DNA of 64,000 nt, taken from NCBI GenBank assembly GCA_965216065.1, contig CBDCFB010000001.1, positions 1,554,548 through 1,618,547 on the forward strand, read 5' to 3'. Below the pieces are notes generated by a model. It made no database searches, had not been told where the DNA came from, and saw only the letters and a program-made list of their open reading frames with translations. The position numbers were made by a program, and so were the translations under genes. Of the stretch, positions 19,977 to 30,688 are shown piece after piece; the first letter of the stretch is position 1; each line of letters opens with the position of its first letter. The DNA comes from Dehalococcoidia bacterium (GTDB lineage: Bacteria > Chloroflexota > Dehalococcoidia > Lucifugimonadales > UBA3495).

Positions 19977-20005
19977 TTGCGCGCTAAAATCGGTTTTGGT
20001 ATATT
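19977..20005 (+). promoter_or_regulatory. Sigma70-type promoter of DctP copy 2
   Basis: TTGCGC-17 nt-TATATT in an AT-rich region; same architecture at 21778-21806. Confidence 0.55.
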
Positions 20006-20106
20006 CCGCCGAATCACGCGACGGACTCTGTCCAACCTAAACAATTGTCGAGAGCAGGACCCGGAAGCTGTTGTGTGAAGGGGAAATGACCGAGGAGAGT
20101 GAATTG

Positions 20107-21564
20107 ATGGCGAAACCGATCCTTATAAGTGCAGCATTGATCCTGCTGATGGTGTTCTTCGTGGCCTGCGGTGGCGCCGCGGAGCCCACGGAGGTCCCGG
20201 CAACCGCAACCACAGCTCCACCAACGGTGCCGCCCACCGCGGTACCCACTCCCACCGAAGCTATGATGGAGGAAGAGGAAGGCGGCTCCATGATGGAGGG
20301 GGTCGACCCGGCACTGAAGGCCGTGGCTGACGAACTGGCCGGCGGCCCGGGGTCCATCTATGTAGGGGACCTGTCACAGATGGTAGGGCCTGCCCCCGGT
20401 GTGACTGAGAAAACAGACGAAGATACGGGCGAGACCATAATTGATGATCCCCTCGGAGACGGGGAAGGTTGGGTTCCCCTGGAATACCTGGAAAAGAACA
20501 TCCACATTTTCGAGACCGACTATTACAATTCCCTGTTGGAAAAGGCCAAACTTACCGATCCCACTCCGCTGACTTCCAGCGGAGAAGAATTCAATATCCA
20601 GTACGCCTGCATCAACCGGGCGCTGCTGCCCTGCGTACTGCAAACCGTGTACTTCGCCGAAAATATCAAGGCGCGCACCGACGGGCAGGTGGACTTCGCG
20701 GTGTCCAGCTACCCTGAACTGGGTCTAGCCGGATCCGACATGATCGAGTTGGTGGAACAGGGAACGATTGAGTTCGCCCAGATTCAGCCGGCCTATGTAG
20801 GCGGCACCTGGCCTCTCATAGACATCATTTATGTGTGGGGGCTGTGGAAGGACTTCAAGTCTGAGCACGAGGCGAACACGGGCCTCCTCCCTGCCCTGGA
20901 TGCCGGGGTGCAAGAGGAGACTGGCGGCGGCAAGCTGATCTATCACATCTGGTACGGCGGCAACGACCAGTATTTCTTCTCAACCCGCGGTCCAGAAAGA
21001 GAGGACTTCGATGGACTGAAGACCCGGAGCCACGGCACGACCATGACCGACGCTATCAACGGTCTGGGAGGCGAGGGTCAGTTCATGGCCTTTGCCGAGG
21101 TGTACACCGCCCTGGAGCGCGGCATTCTTGACGCCGGCGTAACCGGCGCCCACGCAGGTCATGGTCAAAGGTGGTACGAGGTGACCGATAATCTCATCGG
21201 TCCGTTCATCTCCATGCCTATGGGATTCGAGACCATGAACGTGGAGACCTGGGGACGCATTCCCGAGGACCTGCAAAACATCATCATCGAAGAGGGCGCC
21301 AAGATGGAGCTGGAAAATCTCCGTCTGGCCGCCGTCTGGAATGAGACCGGTGTCCAGGTTAACGTGGACAAAGGAATGACCTTCATGCCCTGGTCCGACG
21401 AGATGAAGGAATTCGTCTACGAGGAAGTGGCACTGGGCCGCGTACTGCCCAACTGGATCAAGCGGGTCGGACCCGAGGAAGTCGCCCTGTGGAATGACAT
21501 TGTCTCCCCTTGGGCGAAGGTATGGATCGAGGAGGACGGTTCGATAACCCTGCTGGACGAGTAG
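20107..21564 (+). CDS. dctP: TRAP transporter solute-binding lipoprotein DctP-like (intact copy 2)
   Basis: Lipobox FVAC, P/T-rich linker, DFDGLKTRS, FAEVYTALERGILD. Confidence 0.85.
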   Translation: MAKPILISAALILLMVFFVACGGAAEPTEVPATATTAPPTVPPTAVPTPTEAMMEEEEGGSMMEGVDPALKAVADELAGGPGSIYVGDLSQMVGPAPGVTEKTDEDTGETIIDDPLGDGEGWVPLEYLEKNIHIFETDYYNSLLEKAKLTDPTPLTSSGEEFNIQYACINRALLPCVLQTVYFAENIKARTDGQVDFAVSSYPELGLAGSDMIELVEQGTIEFAQIQPAYVGGTWPLIDIIYVWGLWKDFKSEHEANTGLLPALDAGVQEETGGGKLIYHIWYGGNDQYFFSTRGPEREDFDGLKTRSHGTTMTDAINGLGGEGQFMAFAEVYTALERGILDAGVTGAHAGHGQRWYEVTDNLIGPFISMPMGFETMNVETWGRIPEDLQNIIIEEGAKMELENLRLAAVWNETGVQVNVDKGMTFMPWSDEMKEFVYEEVALGRVLPNWIKRVGPEEVALWNDIVSPWAKVWIEEDGSITLLDE

Positions 21565-21630
21565 CTATACTTCTACAGTATCCTCGCGTCGACGCCTCTC
21601 TTGGTTTCGACAGCAACCATCGCGAAGCAG

Positions 21631-21656
21631 AGGCCCCGGGACTTTCCGGGGCCTTT
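21631..21656 (+). terminator. Terminator-like hairpin after DctP copy 2
   Basis: AGGCCCCGGGGACTTTCCGGGGCCTTT. Confidence 0.55.
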
Positions 21657-21777
21657 GCCCTTGCGTCGAAAAGTAATTCCATCGATTTTCAATTTCGGAA
21701 TCATTTTCTGCCTACATATATATACGCACAATTTTCATGCAATTCCGTTATCCGTAAAGTTCTATCAAGGCATCGTA

Positions 21778-21806
21778 TTGCCTAGTCGAATCCTATTGGC
21801 TATATT
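21778..21806 (+). promoter_or_regulatory. Sigma70-type promoter of DctP copy 3
   Basis: TTGCCT-17 nt-TATATT. Confidence 0.55.
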
Positions 21807-21916
21807 GCCGCCCGATACCTGCAGCGCCGATCAGGCCGTGCCCGGTTACCAGAGAATCGCTTATCTAGTTGGCGCGAAGGTCTAAAATCAGCCATGGGTT
21901 CAGGAGAGTTCGTTAG

Positions 21917-23351
21917 ATGACTAAGGCATTCCTGTTAGTTGGTTCCCTGATTCTGATAATGGCGCTGGTACTTGCCTGCGGTGGCGCCGCCGAGCCCACC
22001 GCTGTCCCACCAACCGAGGTGCCGACGGCAACTTCGGCGCCTGCTCCCACGGAGGCTCCCGCCGCCACCGAGGCGATGATGGAGGAAGACGGCGCGATGT
22101 CGGATGTCGACCCCGACCTGCGAGCCGCTGCCGAAGCGCGTGCCGGCGGTCCTGGCGCGTTCTACCTGGGGCGACGGCGACTTCAGCCTCCTGGTAGGTC
22201 CAGCCCCTGCGGAGGGCCTGGGCGATGCCGATGACCAGGTCAACCTGGCCGGCCTGGAGAGCGAAAGCTACCTCTTCGATTCTGATTACTACAGGGGCCT
22301 GGTGGAGAAGGCCAATTTCACCAACCAGACACAGATGACCTACGACGGCGATCCCATCGAGATCCAGTTCGCCTGCATCAACCGCACGGTCGCTCCCTGC
22401 GAGCTGTGGGCCAACTTCTTCAAGCCGCTGGTGGAAGCCCGCACCAACGGAAAGGTGCTGGTGCCAATCACATCCTTCCCAGAGTTGGGCATCGCTGGGC
22501 CGGACTCCCTGGAGCAGGTTACCAACGGGACCCTCTCCTGGGCGGAGATCACCAGCGGCTATGTCTCCGGGCACATGCCGGAAGCCGAGCTGGCCATCAT
22601 GTACGGCGTCTACCCCGACCACGAGGTCGAGTTCAAGGTAACCCAGGCCATCGGCCCGGAGCTGGACCGCCTTTTTGAGGAGAACACCGACGGCGGCATA
22701 GTCCTGACGCACATGTGGGTCTCCGGCGGCGACCAGTTCTTCTTCTGCAAGGAAGGCATCACTCAACTGGCAGACTTCGAAGGCAGGAAAGTGCGCAGTC
22801 ACGGCTCGGCGCTCTCCGACTGGATCAACGGCTTTGGAGCCGATGCCCAGTTCGTGGCCTTCGCCGAGGTCTACACCGCATTGGAGCGCGGCATCCTGGA
22901 CTGCGGAGTTACGGTCGCCTTCGCGGCACACGCCCAGCGCTGGTACGAAGTGACGGAATTCATGGTCGGGCCACTGTCCAGCCAGCTGTTGAACACCGTG
23001 ATAGTAAACAGGGGAGTCTGGGACGAACTTCCCGCCGACATTCAGCAGATACTGCTTGAAGAGGGCGCGCGGCACGAGCTCGAGGCCATGCGGGTCACCC
23101 CTGCCTGGAACGAGGTATGGATCCAGCGCAACATAGATGCAGGCTTGGAATACCAGGAGTTCTCACCCGCGCTTATGGACCATATGAGGAACGTGGTAGC
23201 AACAGATCACGTGGTCCCCGGGTTCATCAGTCGCCAGGACGAGGATAACCGGGACAACATCATCGCTCTGTTCAACGAGAAAATCGCTCCCATCGTGGGC
23301 CTGAAGGTACTGCCCGACGGCACCACTGAGAGAGTGCCCATCACTCAGTAG
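21917..23351 (+). pseudogene. DctP-like lipoprotein copy 3, single +1 frameshift in GGGG at 22168-22171
   Basis: Removing one G joins 21917 (LAC lipobox) to the 22104..23351 frame (FYLGDGDFSLLVGP); may be a sequencing indel. Confidence 0.8.
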
Positions 23352-23379
23352 TACCCCCCAGCGTATAGTTGGATCTTGA

Positions 23380-23411
23380 GAGCCCCGACGCAAGACGTCG
23401 GGGCTCCTTTC
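23380..23411 (+). terminator. Terminator after DctP copy 3
   Basis: GAGCCCCGACG-CAAGA-CGTCGGGGCTC followed by CTTTC. Confidence 0.65.
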
Positions 23412-23429
23412 TTGCCCATACACTCCTTT

Positions 23430-24545
23430 ATGCAGAGAGACGTCGACCCGGCCTTGGCCGCGGCCGCCGCTGATTGGGCCGGCGGGACCGAAGCGTTCTT
23501 CGTCGGAGACCTCAATCAATTGGTGGGCCCGTCGCCCGGCGAAGGCCTGGGCGACGACAACGATACGGTCAACCTGGAGGGTCTGGAACGCGAGCGGTAT
23601 ATCTTCGAACTCCAGCACTACAGGGACCTGGTGGAAAAGGCGAACTTCGACAGCCCCACCGAGATGACCTACGACGGCGATCCCATAGAAATCCAGTTCG
23701 CCTGCATCAACCGCACCGTTGCTCCGTGCGAACGGTTTGACAACTTCTTCGGGAAAAAGCTGGAGGAACGCACCAACGGGAAGGGGCTGATCGGCATCAC
23801 TCCATTCCCGGAGCTGGGCATTGCCGGGCCGGACTCCCTGAACCTGATAGCCAACGGCAGCCTGTCCTTTGCCGAGATCTCCAGCAATTATGTCTCCGGG
23901 GCAATGCCAGAGGCCGAGCTGCAAATCCTGTTCGGCGTGTACGAAAACCATGAGCACTACCTCAAGGTGCAGGAAGCAATAGGACCGCTGGTTGACAGCC
24001 TGTTCGAGGAGAACAGCGATGGGGGCAAGGTTATCTCACACATGTGGATCTCTGGCGCCGACCAGTTCTTTTTCTGCCAGGAACCCATAGAAACGCTGTC
24101 TGACTTTGAGGGACGCAAGGTGCGCAGCCACGGACCGGCTCTTTCCGACTGGATCGAGGGGTTCGGCGCCGCCGCCCAGTTCGTGGCCTTCGCGGAGGTC
24201 TACACAGTCCTGGAGCGCGGAGTGCTGGACTGTGGGGTGACCGTCGCCTTCGCATCAGTCGCTCAGCGCTGGTACGAGGTGACCGAAATCATGGTTGGGC
24301 CGCTGTCCAGCCAGTTTCTCAGCAACGCAATCATCAACAAGGAAGTCTGGGATAAGCTGCCGTCCGACATCCAGCAGATCCTGATCGAGGAGGGCGCGCG
24401 GCCCGAACCGGAGGCCCTGCGCGTGACTCCGGCCTGGAACGAGGTGTGGATCGGGCGGAACGTCGACGCCGGCATGATTGCGCTGTTAAACGAGAAGATT
24501 GGTCCAATCGTGAGGACCACGGTACGACCCAACGGCACTGCGTAG
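23430..24545 (+). pseudogene. DctP-like copy 4, lacking signal peptide and with C-terminal internal deletion
   Basis: Very similar to copy 3 but starts at DVDP; NVDAGM is joined directly to IALLNEKI, missing about 30-35 aa present in copy 3. Confidence 0.7.
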
Positions 24546-24592
24546 AGGGTTCAACAAGCAATAAGCGCGGTAGCCCACTGTCCAGGCAAGGT

Positions 24593-24630
24593 GAAGACCC
24601 CGGCAGTCAATCCTGCCGGGGTCTTCTTTT
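24593..24630. terminator. Terminator between DctP copy 4 and the convergent MFS gene
   Basis: GAAGACCCCGGCAG-TCAATC-CTGCCGGGGTCTTC followed by TTTT. Confidence 0.75.
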
Positions 24631-24660
24631 GTCTCACTGGGAGACGGGAATAACTCTCGG

Positions 24661-25962
24661 CTAGTCATCCCCGGCGGCGGGGGCCGGGCCGCCCAGCGGC
24701 TGTGGCGTTTTGCCGCCGATGGAGAGGACCAGCAGCGCGGAGGCTATCAGCAGCCCTATGTTGGACCAGATAGCCCAGTCGTAGGTGCCGCGAATGTCGA
24801 ACAGTGTGCCACCGAGGGTAGCTCCCAAACCCGATCCAATGGGCATGACGGCAAACATGGTGCCGTATATCTTGCCCATGTGGGCTGTGCCGAAGTTGTC
24901 GGCGGTATAGGCGGCGGTGATTCCGACCACGGCGTTCCAGGACAGCCCAACCAGCAACACCCCCGCTACCAGGGCAACTATCCCAAGCGGTGGGACCCCA
25001 AGGAAAGAAATGCCCATAGACAGCAAAACAACGACGAACCCCAGCGCCCTCAACTGATAGGACACAGCCAGCCATGGGCGGCGGCCGTATTTGTCGGAGA
25101 AATGCCCCAGCCAGAGCGCGCCGATGATGGACGTGGCTCCAATGACGGCGAACATCAGGGCTGCCGTCCTGGGGGTATACCCGAGGTCCTGCACGTAGGT
25201 GACGAAGTGAGCATTCACGAAGCTCATCGAGTACCCTCAAACGAAGTACCCGAATGCCAGCTTCTGGAACATCGAGGTTTTGATGGCCTCGGTAAAGGAA
25301 AAGGTCACGTCCCCGCCCCGGCGCCGTCCCGCTCCCGCAGACAGGTTGTCGCCGGCACCGTAAGGGCTGAGGCCTTTGTCCTCGGGGCGGTTGCGAATGA
25401 ATATGATCCCGATTGGGAGGATCACCAGCAGGAGCAGTATCCCAAGGAAGAGATAGGCCTCCCGCCACGAAAACAAATCAAGGATTTCAGTCGTTGCGGG
25501 CACCAGGATCATGGCGCCGAAAGAGCCCGCCCCTGCTACCAACCCAAGGGTCAGACCACGTTTAACTACAAACCACTGGCTGACGATCTTTGTCAGGATC
25601 GGGCCGGTGCCCAGGGTCACACCCAAGCTCATAACGGCGAACAACGCATACAGCTGCCAAAGCGTTTCGATTCTCGGTATCAGGGCCAGCATCCACCCCA
25701 TTATCAGGACGCCCGACAGGGCAACCCACTTGGGGCTGTAGCGGTCGGCGAGGTATCCAGCAAAGGGGCGCAGCAGGCCCGAAATCACGTAGGTGACGCC
25801 GAAGGCTGCCGAAAGGGTGCCGCGGCTCCACTCAAATTCGTCGGTCATGGGCTTCAGGAATACGCCGAAGGAGAACTGCCCACCGGCGACGCCGAAGACG
25901 ACTAGCGAACAGCCGATGGCCACCCACCATCCGTAGAATATATTCCTGCCAAAGAGCCTCAT
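24661..25962 (-). CDS. MFS transporter (OFA/YcxA-like) with in-frame UGA at 25237-25239; candidate selenoprotein or nonsense pseudogene
   Basis: ORFs 25237..26076 and 24661..25227 are in the same frame: FQKLAFGYFV-TGA-GYSMSFVNAHFV; together they form a full 433-aa MFS starting MRLFGRNIFYGWW. Confidence 0.85.
25203..25229 (-). promoter_or_regulatory. Candidate SECIS hairpin in MFS gene
   Basis: mRNA CGA-UGAGC-UUCGUGAAU-GCUCA-CU-UCG; core stem begins 10 nt after the UGA. Confidence 0.4.
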
Positions 25963-26143
25963 ACACGTCTCCGGCCCTTGCGTCTCACGGTACGCGCATA
26001 CTAATCCCGCTCTGGGGCTTTGTCCACGAACAGGGGAGGATTGGCTTGCCCGCTTTCGGCCAACGGAACCACCCAACGGGAGTCCGATGCGCCAATGATT
26101 GAGGCAGTGTAAAATCAGGTCTACGCTAATGGAGGTCTACCGG

Positions 26144-27358
26144 ATGTTCGACGAGGTTCGCGGCAGGGTCCGGGAAGAGTTGCAGCGTCTCGACGTTGAT
26201 GCCTGCCTGGTAACTACGCCCGCCAACATCTTCTATACGACCGGGTTTTTCAGCCCAGTGGTCAACCTGTCCTTCCGCCTGATGGGCACCGACATGGCGC
26301 TGGTCCCCGCCGACCCGTCTCTGCCTCCGGCACTGATGACCAGCGATTTTGCCGCTCCTGCAGCCAGGGCAGCCACCTCAATTGAGGACATACGCACATA
26401 TCGGATGTGGGTGGAGAACCGCGACCTTGACGTGATTTCCGGGCCGACAGGGAGCGAGGCCAAGATCGCGCGTCCGCCCCAATGGAGCCCCGACGAACTG
26501 GACGAGAACGTTACTGCGATGCTGGAGGAACGGGACCTCTCTGCCGGAACCATCGGCATCGACCTGCGCTATGTGTACGCCGACACGCTTTTCCGGCTGC
26601 AGCAGAACAACCCGGAGTGCCAGTTCGTAGACATCACCGGAATGCTGTACGGACTGAGGGCCATCAAGCATCCCCAGGAGATCGCCCTGCATCGCAGCGC
26701 CGCCAACCTGTTCGAGGCAGGTCTGAGGCGCGCAATCGCTGAAGCGAATGAAGGACAGAGCGCCCAGGCCATCAAGTACAACTATCAGGCGGGCGCATTG
26801 GAAGCCGCGATGGCAGACCCTTCGCTGGGGGAGTTCCAGTCCGCCTTCGGGTTCATCAGCGCGGGGACAGGCAGCAGCTTCGGCGACCGAACCGGGCTGC
26901 ATTCCGGCGACCTGATCAAGTTCGACTGCGGCGTTGCTGTGGGCGGATTCTACAGTGACTGCGGGCGCACATTCGCCTTTGGCCGTGCGTCAGCCGAGCA
27001 GCGCCGGGTGCACGACGCGCTGGCGGAAGCCCACGCCGCCGCCCGCGAGGTGATGCGTCCGGGGACACCCATCTCCGCCGTCTACCGGGCCGCCGATGAA
27101 GTGATGCAGGCCCGCGGATTCCCCGGATACAGCCGAGGACATTACGGCCACTCCATCGGGCTGGACACATTTGTCGAAGAGCCGCCGTTCATCAGCGCCA
27201 ACGAGCACAGTGAATTGCAGCCCGGCATGCTCCTGTGCCTGGAGACTCCCTACTACTCGGCCAGCACCGGCTCCTACCAGATAGAGGATATGATCCTCAT
27301 CACCGAGAACGGGCACGAGAACTTCAACACACTGTCCTACGACTTGGTCGAGTTATAG
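26144..27358 (+). CDS. Xaa-Pro peptidase family (M24) protein
   Basis: KFDCG..GFYSDCGRT, GHYGHSIG, LETP, QIED metal ligands. Confidence 0.9.
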   Translation: MFDEVRGRVREELQRLDVDACLVTTPANIFYTTGFFSPVVNLSFRLMGTDMALVPADPSLPPALMTSDFAAPAARAATSIEDIRTYRMWVENRDLDVISGPTGSEAKIARPPQWSPDELDENVTAMLEERDLSAGTIGIDLRYVYADTLFRLQQNNPECQFVDITGMLYGLRAIKHPQEIALHRSAANLFEAGLRRAIAEANEGQSAQAIKYNYQAGALEAAMADPSLGEFQSAFGFISAGTGSSFGDRTGLHSGDLIKFDCGVAVGGFYSDCGRTFAFGRASAEQRRVHDALAEAHAAAREVMRPGTPISAVYRAADEVMQARGFPGYSRGHYGHSIGLDTFVEEPPFISANEHSELQPGMLLCLETPYYSASTGSYQIEDMILITENGHENFNTLSYDLVEL

Positions 27359-27403
27359 TCATGGGCTGCTGGGACTCGGCGAGTCGGAAATGAGGGAGCT
27401 ACG

Positions 27404-28507
27404 ATGAAGGCATCCTACCTTGGAGCCATGGGCTACGCGCGGCGGCGGGATTTTCCGGCCACCTGGCCAACGCCGCCAGTCTACAACGATCCTGAACTGT
27501 CGGTTCAGAGCTATCAGGACGGCATGGAGGAGTGCGAGTTCGCCGAGGAAATGGGCTTCGAATGGATCAGCTTCTCGGAGCACCACTACTCGGGACGCAT
27601 CGCGACGGGAACTCCGTCAGTCATGGCAGCCGCGGTAGCCGAGCGTTGCAGGAAGGCCAGGATCGCCATGCTTGGGCATCTGTTGCCACTCAACAATCCC
27701 GTGAGAATCGCCGAGGAACTGGCGCTGCTCGACAACCTGACCAACGGGCGGCTCGTCATGGGCTTCCTCCGGGGAACTCCCAACGAGGACCAGACCTACA
27801 ACGTCAATCCCGCCGAAGGCCGGGGCCGGATGCTGGAAAGCATGGACCTCATACTCAGGGCCCTTACGGAACCGCATCCATTCGGCTGGGAGGGTCGCTA
27901 CTACCAGTACCGAACGGTTTCGGTCTGGCCCCGCCCGGTGCAGCAGCCCCTGCCGCCTGCCATCGTTGCCACCCGCAGCGACGACGCCGTCCACTTCGCT
28001 GCCACCCACCAGTTGGGGCTCGGGGTATCGTTCCTGCCGGTGGACGATGTGGGCACCATCACGGACAAGTATTACAAATGGTGCGAAGAGTCGGGGTGGA
28101 CTCCGAAGCACGATGAGGTGGTATTCCGCGGCAGCATGTATCTCGCCGAAACCGACGAGAAGGCCTGGGAGTGGTTCCATCGCCAGGAAGACCAGGGAAG
28201 AGCCAGGGGCATGTCGATGCGATCATCCGTAGCCCAGGTGATCCAGGCCCAGCGCACAGGCCAGGACATAGACTACAGCCATGTGTTCGCCGGCAACGCG
28301 TCGGGCGACATAGTGGGCAGCGCGCCCGCCCTGACTTTCGTCGGAGGGCCGGACTCCATCACCGAACAGATTAAAGCGTACCACGACCGTTCCGGTGTTG
28401 GAGTTATAGATCTGTTCTTCCAGCAGCCCAGCCTCACTCACAGCGATATCATGGCGGAAATTGAGCTGTTCGGGCGGGAAGTCCTGCCGCGAATCAAAGA
28501 GTTCTAG
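27404..28507 (+). CDS. Luciferase-like (LLM) flavin-dependent oxidoreductase
   Basis: FSEHHY, NPVRIAEELALLDNLTNGRL, WPRPVQQP, ELFGREVLP. Confidence 0.9.
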   Translation: MKASYLGAMGYARRRDFPATWPTPPVYNDPELSVQSYQDGMEECEFAEEMGFEWISFSEHHYSGRIATGTPSVMAAAVAERCRKARIAMLGHLLPLNNPVRIAEELALLDNLTNGRLVMGFLRGTPNEDQTYNVNPAEGRGRMLESMDLILRALTEPHPFGWEGRYYQYRTVSVWPRPVQQPLPPAIVATRSDDAVHFAATHQLGLGVSFLPVDDVGTITDKYYKWCEESGWTPKHDEVVFRGSMYLAETDEKAWEWFHRQEDQGRARGMSMRSSVAQVIQAQRTGQDIDYSHVFAGNASGDIVGSAPALTFVGGPDSITEQIKAYHDRSGVGVIDLFFQQPSLTHSDIMAEIELFGREVLPRIKEF

Positions 28508-28511
28508 AGCA

Positions 28512-29246
28512 ATGAGTCCATCCGAAATCAGTCTCAAGTCCAGCGAAGGGGGGCAGGGCGAACCGGTCTTGCTACTGGACTGGACCCCATGGGAGTCTTC
28601 CGTCCTCCTCGACGGCTTGAAGGAGGCGCACCGAGTCATCAGCGTCGACCCGCCAGCGGGCCCTGAGGGATGGGCCTCAGCAAGGGAGGCCGCCGCGGCA
28701 GTCGCCGCAGTTGCCGAGAAATTGGGCCTGGAGTCATGTGCGCTCGTTGGCGCTTCTCTGGGTGCAGACGCTGCATTTCAACTGGCGCTGGAAAATCCCG
28801 AGCTGGCCACTGCCCTGATTCTCGTTTCGCCAACAATTTCTGGGTCGGCAGGCACTCATCAATGGGATACCCCCGAATTGGCCACCACGATGATGCTGGC
28901 CCATCCCGAAGCTGACAGCGCCGGGACGCCGGACCCGTCTCGGACTGCCGCGCTCGCCGCCATGGCGCGGGAGTGGGCGGCAATGGGAAGCGAGGCTGCG
29001 GACTCACTTCCCGGCCTTTCCTGCGCAACCCTGGTGGTGTACGGCCAAGAGGACCGACTGGTCTCGCGGACGGCCGGGCACGCCTGGAAGGAGCGGGCGC
29101 CGAACTGCAGCGTCTCCTATGTTTACGACGCGGGGCACGCCATCGCATTCGACCGGCCCGATGCGCTGCTGAACGTGGTGCTGGACTTCCTAACGCGCCG
29201 GGAGACCTTCATTGTGGAGAGCCGCAGCAGTCTCATCAACCCTTAG
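28512..29246 (+). CDS. Alpha/beta fold hydrolase
   Basis: GASLG, YGQEDRL, DAGH catalytic triad pattern. Confidence 0.75.
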   Translation: MSPSEISLKSSEGGQGEPVLLLDWTPWESSVLLDGLKEAHRVISVDPPAGPEGWASAREAAAAVAAVAEKLGLESCALVGASLGADAAFQLALENPELATALILVSPTISGSAGTHQWDTPELATTMMLAHPEADSAGTPDPSRTAALAAMAREWAAMGSEAADSLPGLSCATLVVYGQEDRLVSRTAGHAWKERAPNCSVSYVYDAGHAIAFDRPDALLNVVLDFLTRRETFIVESRSSLINP

Positions 29247-30687
29247 CAGGCTGCTGAACAAGGGTCTTCACGTTTGGAATCGACGGGTCAAGTCGTTGGA
29301 GCTTGGGTCCTGTTGGAGGAAATTGTGCCGTTCACACGGGACTTTCAGCCCCTTCGGCTTCGCGGACCGGCCCTCTTGGGGGCACCGGGCATAGCCAGCC
29401 CCAGCTAGCCCATTGTCAGGTCATGCCATCCGGGCTTCCGGAGTTGTCGGCGCCTGCCCCAGCAGCTTGGACATCCGAACCAGGTTGTAGGCCGTGGCCA
29501 CCAAGTTCCCCGCCAGACCAGTCCGGTCCAATCCCCGGTAACGGGTCCGCCGGAATCCGCCCACGGTCTTCATCCACCCGAAGATCATCCACCCGAAGAT
29601 CTCCTCAACCCGTTTCCGTATCCGCTGGCTGACCGCGTACCCAGGATGCCGGGTGGTCCGGCCATCAATGGCGCTGGATCGCCCCATTTTGTTCTGCGCG
29701 ATGTGCGGCGTAACCCCGCGCCGGCGCAGGTCCGCCACGCAGTCCCGGGTGTCGTAGCCTTTGTCTCCGCCCAGCGTTCCGGGATGAAAGCCCCGTCCCC
29801 GGGCTTGCTCCAACAGTTCTGGCACTATATCCCGCTCCGCCGTACTCGTCGCTCGGGTGGTCTGAAAGTCCACCAGCATTCCATACCGGTTTTCCATCAG
29901 GGCGTGGGCCATGAACATCAACCTGGCCTCCTTGCCTTTACGCCTTTACCCTTGCGCAGCAACCGGGCCTCCGGGTCCATGGTGCTCTGATGGGTGGCAT
30001 TGCTGCGCCGTTCCCCATGGAAGTCAACCGAGGGGAAGTCAACCGAGGGGAAGTCAACCGAGGGGTTGCCCGGGTCAGCATCGGTTGTTCTGGGCGGGTC
30101 GCCGTCCTTGGGTTTGAAGCTCTTCAGGCTGGCTGCCGCCTCAATCAGGGTCCTATCCACCGTGAAGTGCCCGGAAGTGCTCGTCCGACAGCAGGCCCTG
30201 CCGGTCCGCCTCCAGCACCACCTCGCCGAACAATGCCTGGCCCACTCCGTGCCTGAGCAGCCGCTCCCGGTTCTTGGTGAAGGTGGTGGCATCGAAGCTG
30301 GCCTCAATCAGGTTCATATCCAGAAACCACCGGAAGAGGAGGTTGTAGTCCAACTGTTCGCAGAATGTCCGTTCACTGCACACCGAGTACAGGGCAATCA
30401 GCAATGACGACTTCAGCAGCCGCTCCGACGGGATCGAAGGATGGCCCACATTGGCGTACATCCGGTCCAGGTCCGGGGACAGCGCCTTCAGGGCTTGGTC
30501 CGCCAGCCTCTTGATAACACGCAGGGGATGGTCCGATGGCACTCGCGTTTCCAGGTCAATGAATGCCAGCATAGTCGCCTGTGAATCATATCTCCCGCGC
30601 ATCGGCTCAACCTCCGTCCAGGGTGGCGTCCTATTTTAACCAGTTCCCTCTGGACTGCCGGGCCACGCCGGGTTTTTCATCAGCCTG
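29247..30687 (-). mobile_element. IS5-family element with frameshifted transposase (30602 to 29421)
   Basis: TIRs CAGGCTGCTGAACAA / TTTTTCATCAGCCTG; motifs RVP.DHPLR, DKGYD, RKRVEEIFGW.K; several frameshifts. Confidence 0.88.
30019..30063. repeat. 15-bp tandem triplication inside IS5 transposase
   Basis: GGAAGTCAACCGAGG x3 (PSVDF x3). Confidence 0.9.
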
Positions 30688-30688
30688 C

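Noticed and set aside
30019-30063. CRISPR-like array
   Set aside because: Head-to-tail 15-bp repeats with no spacers; no cas genes in the window.
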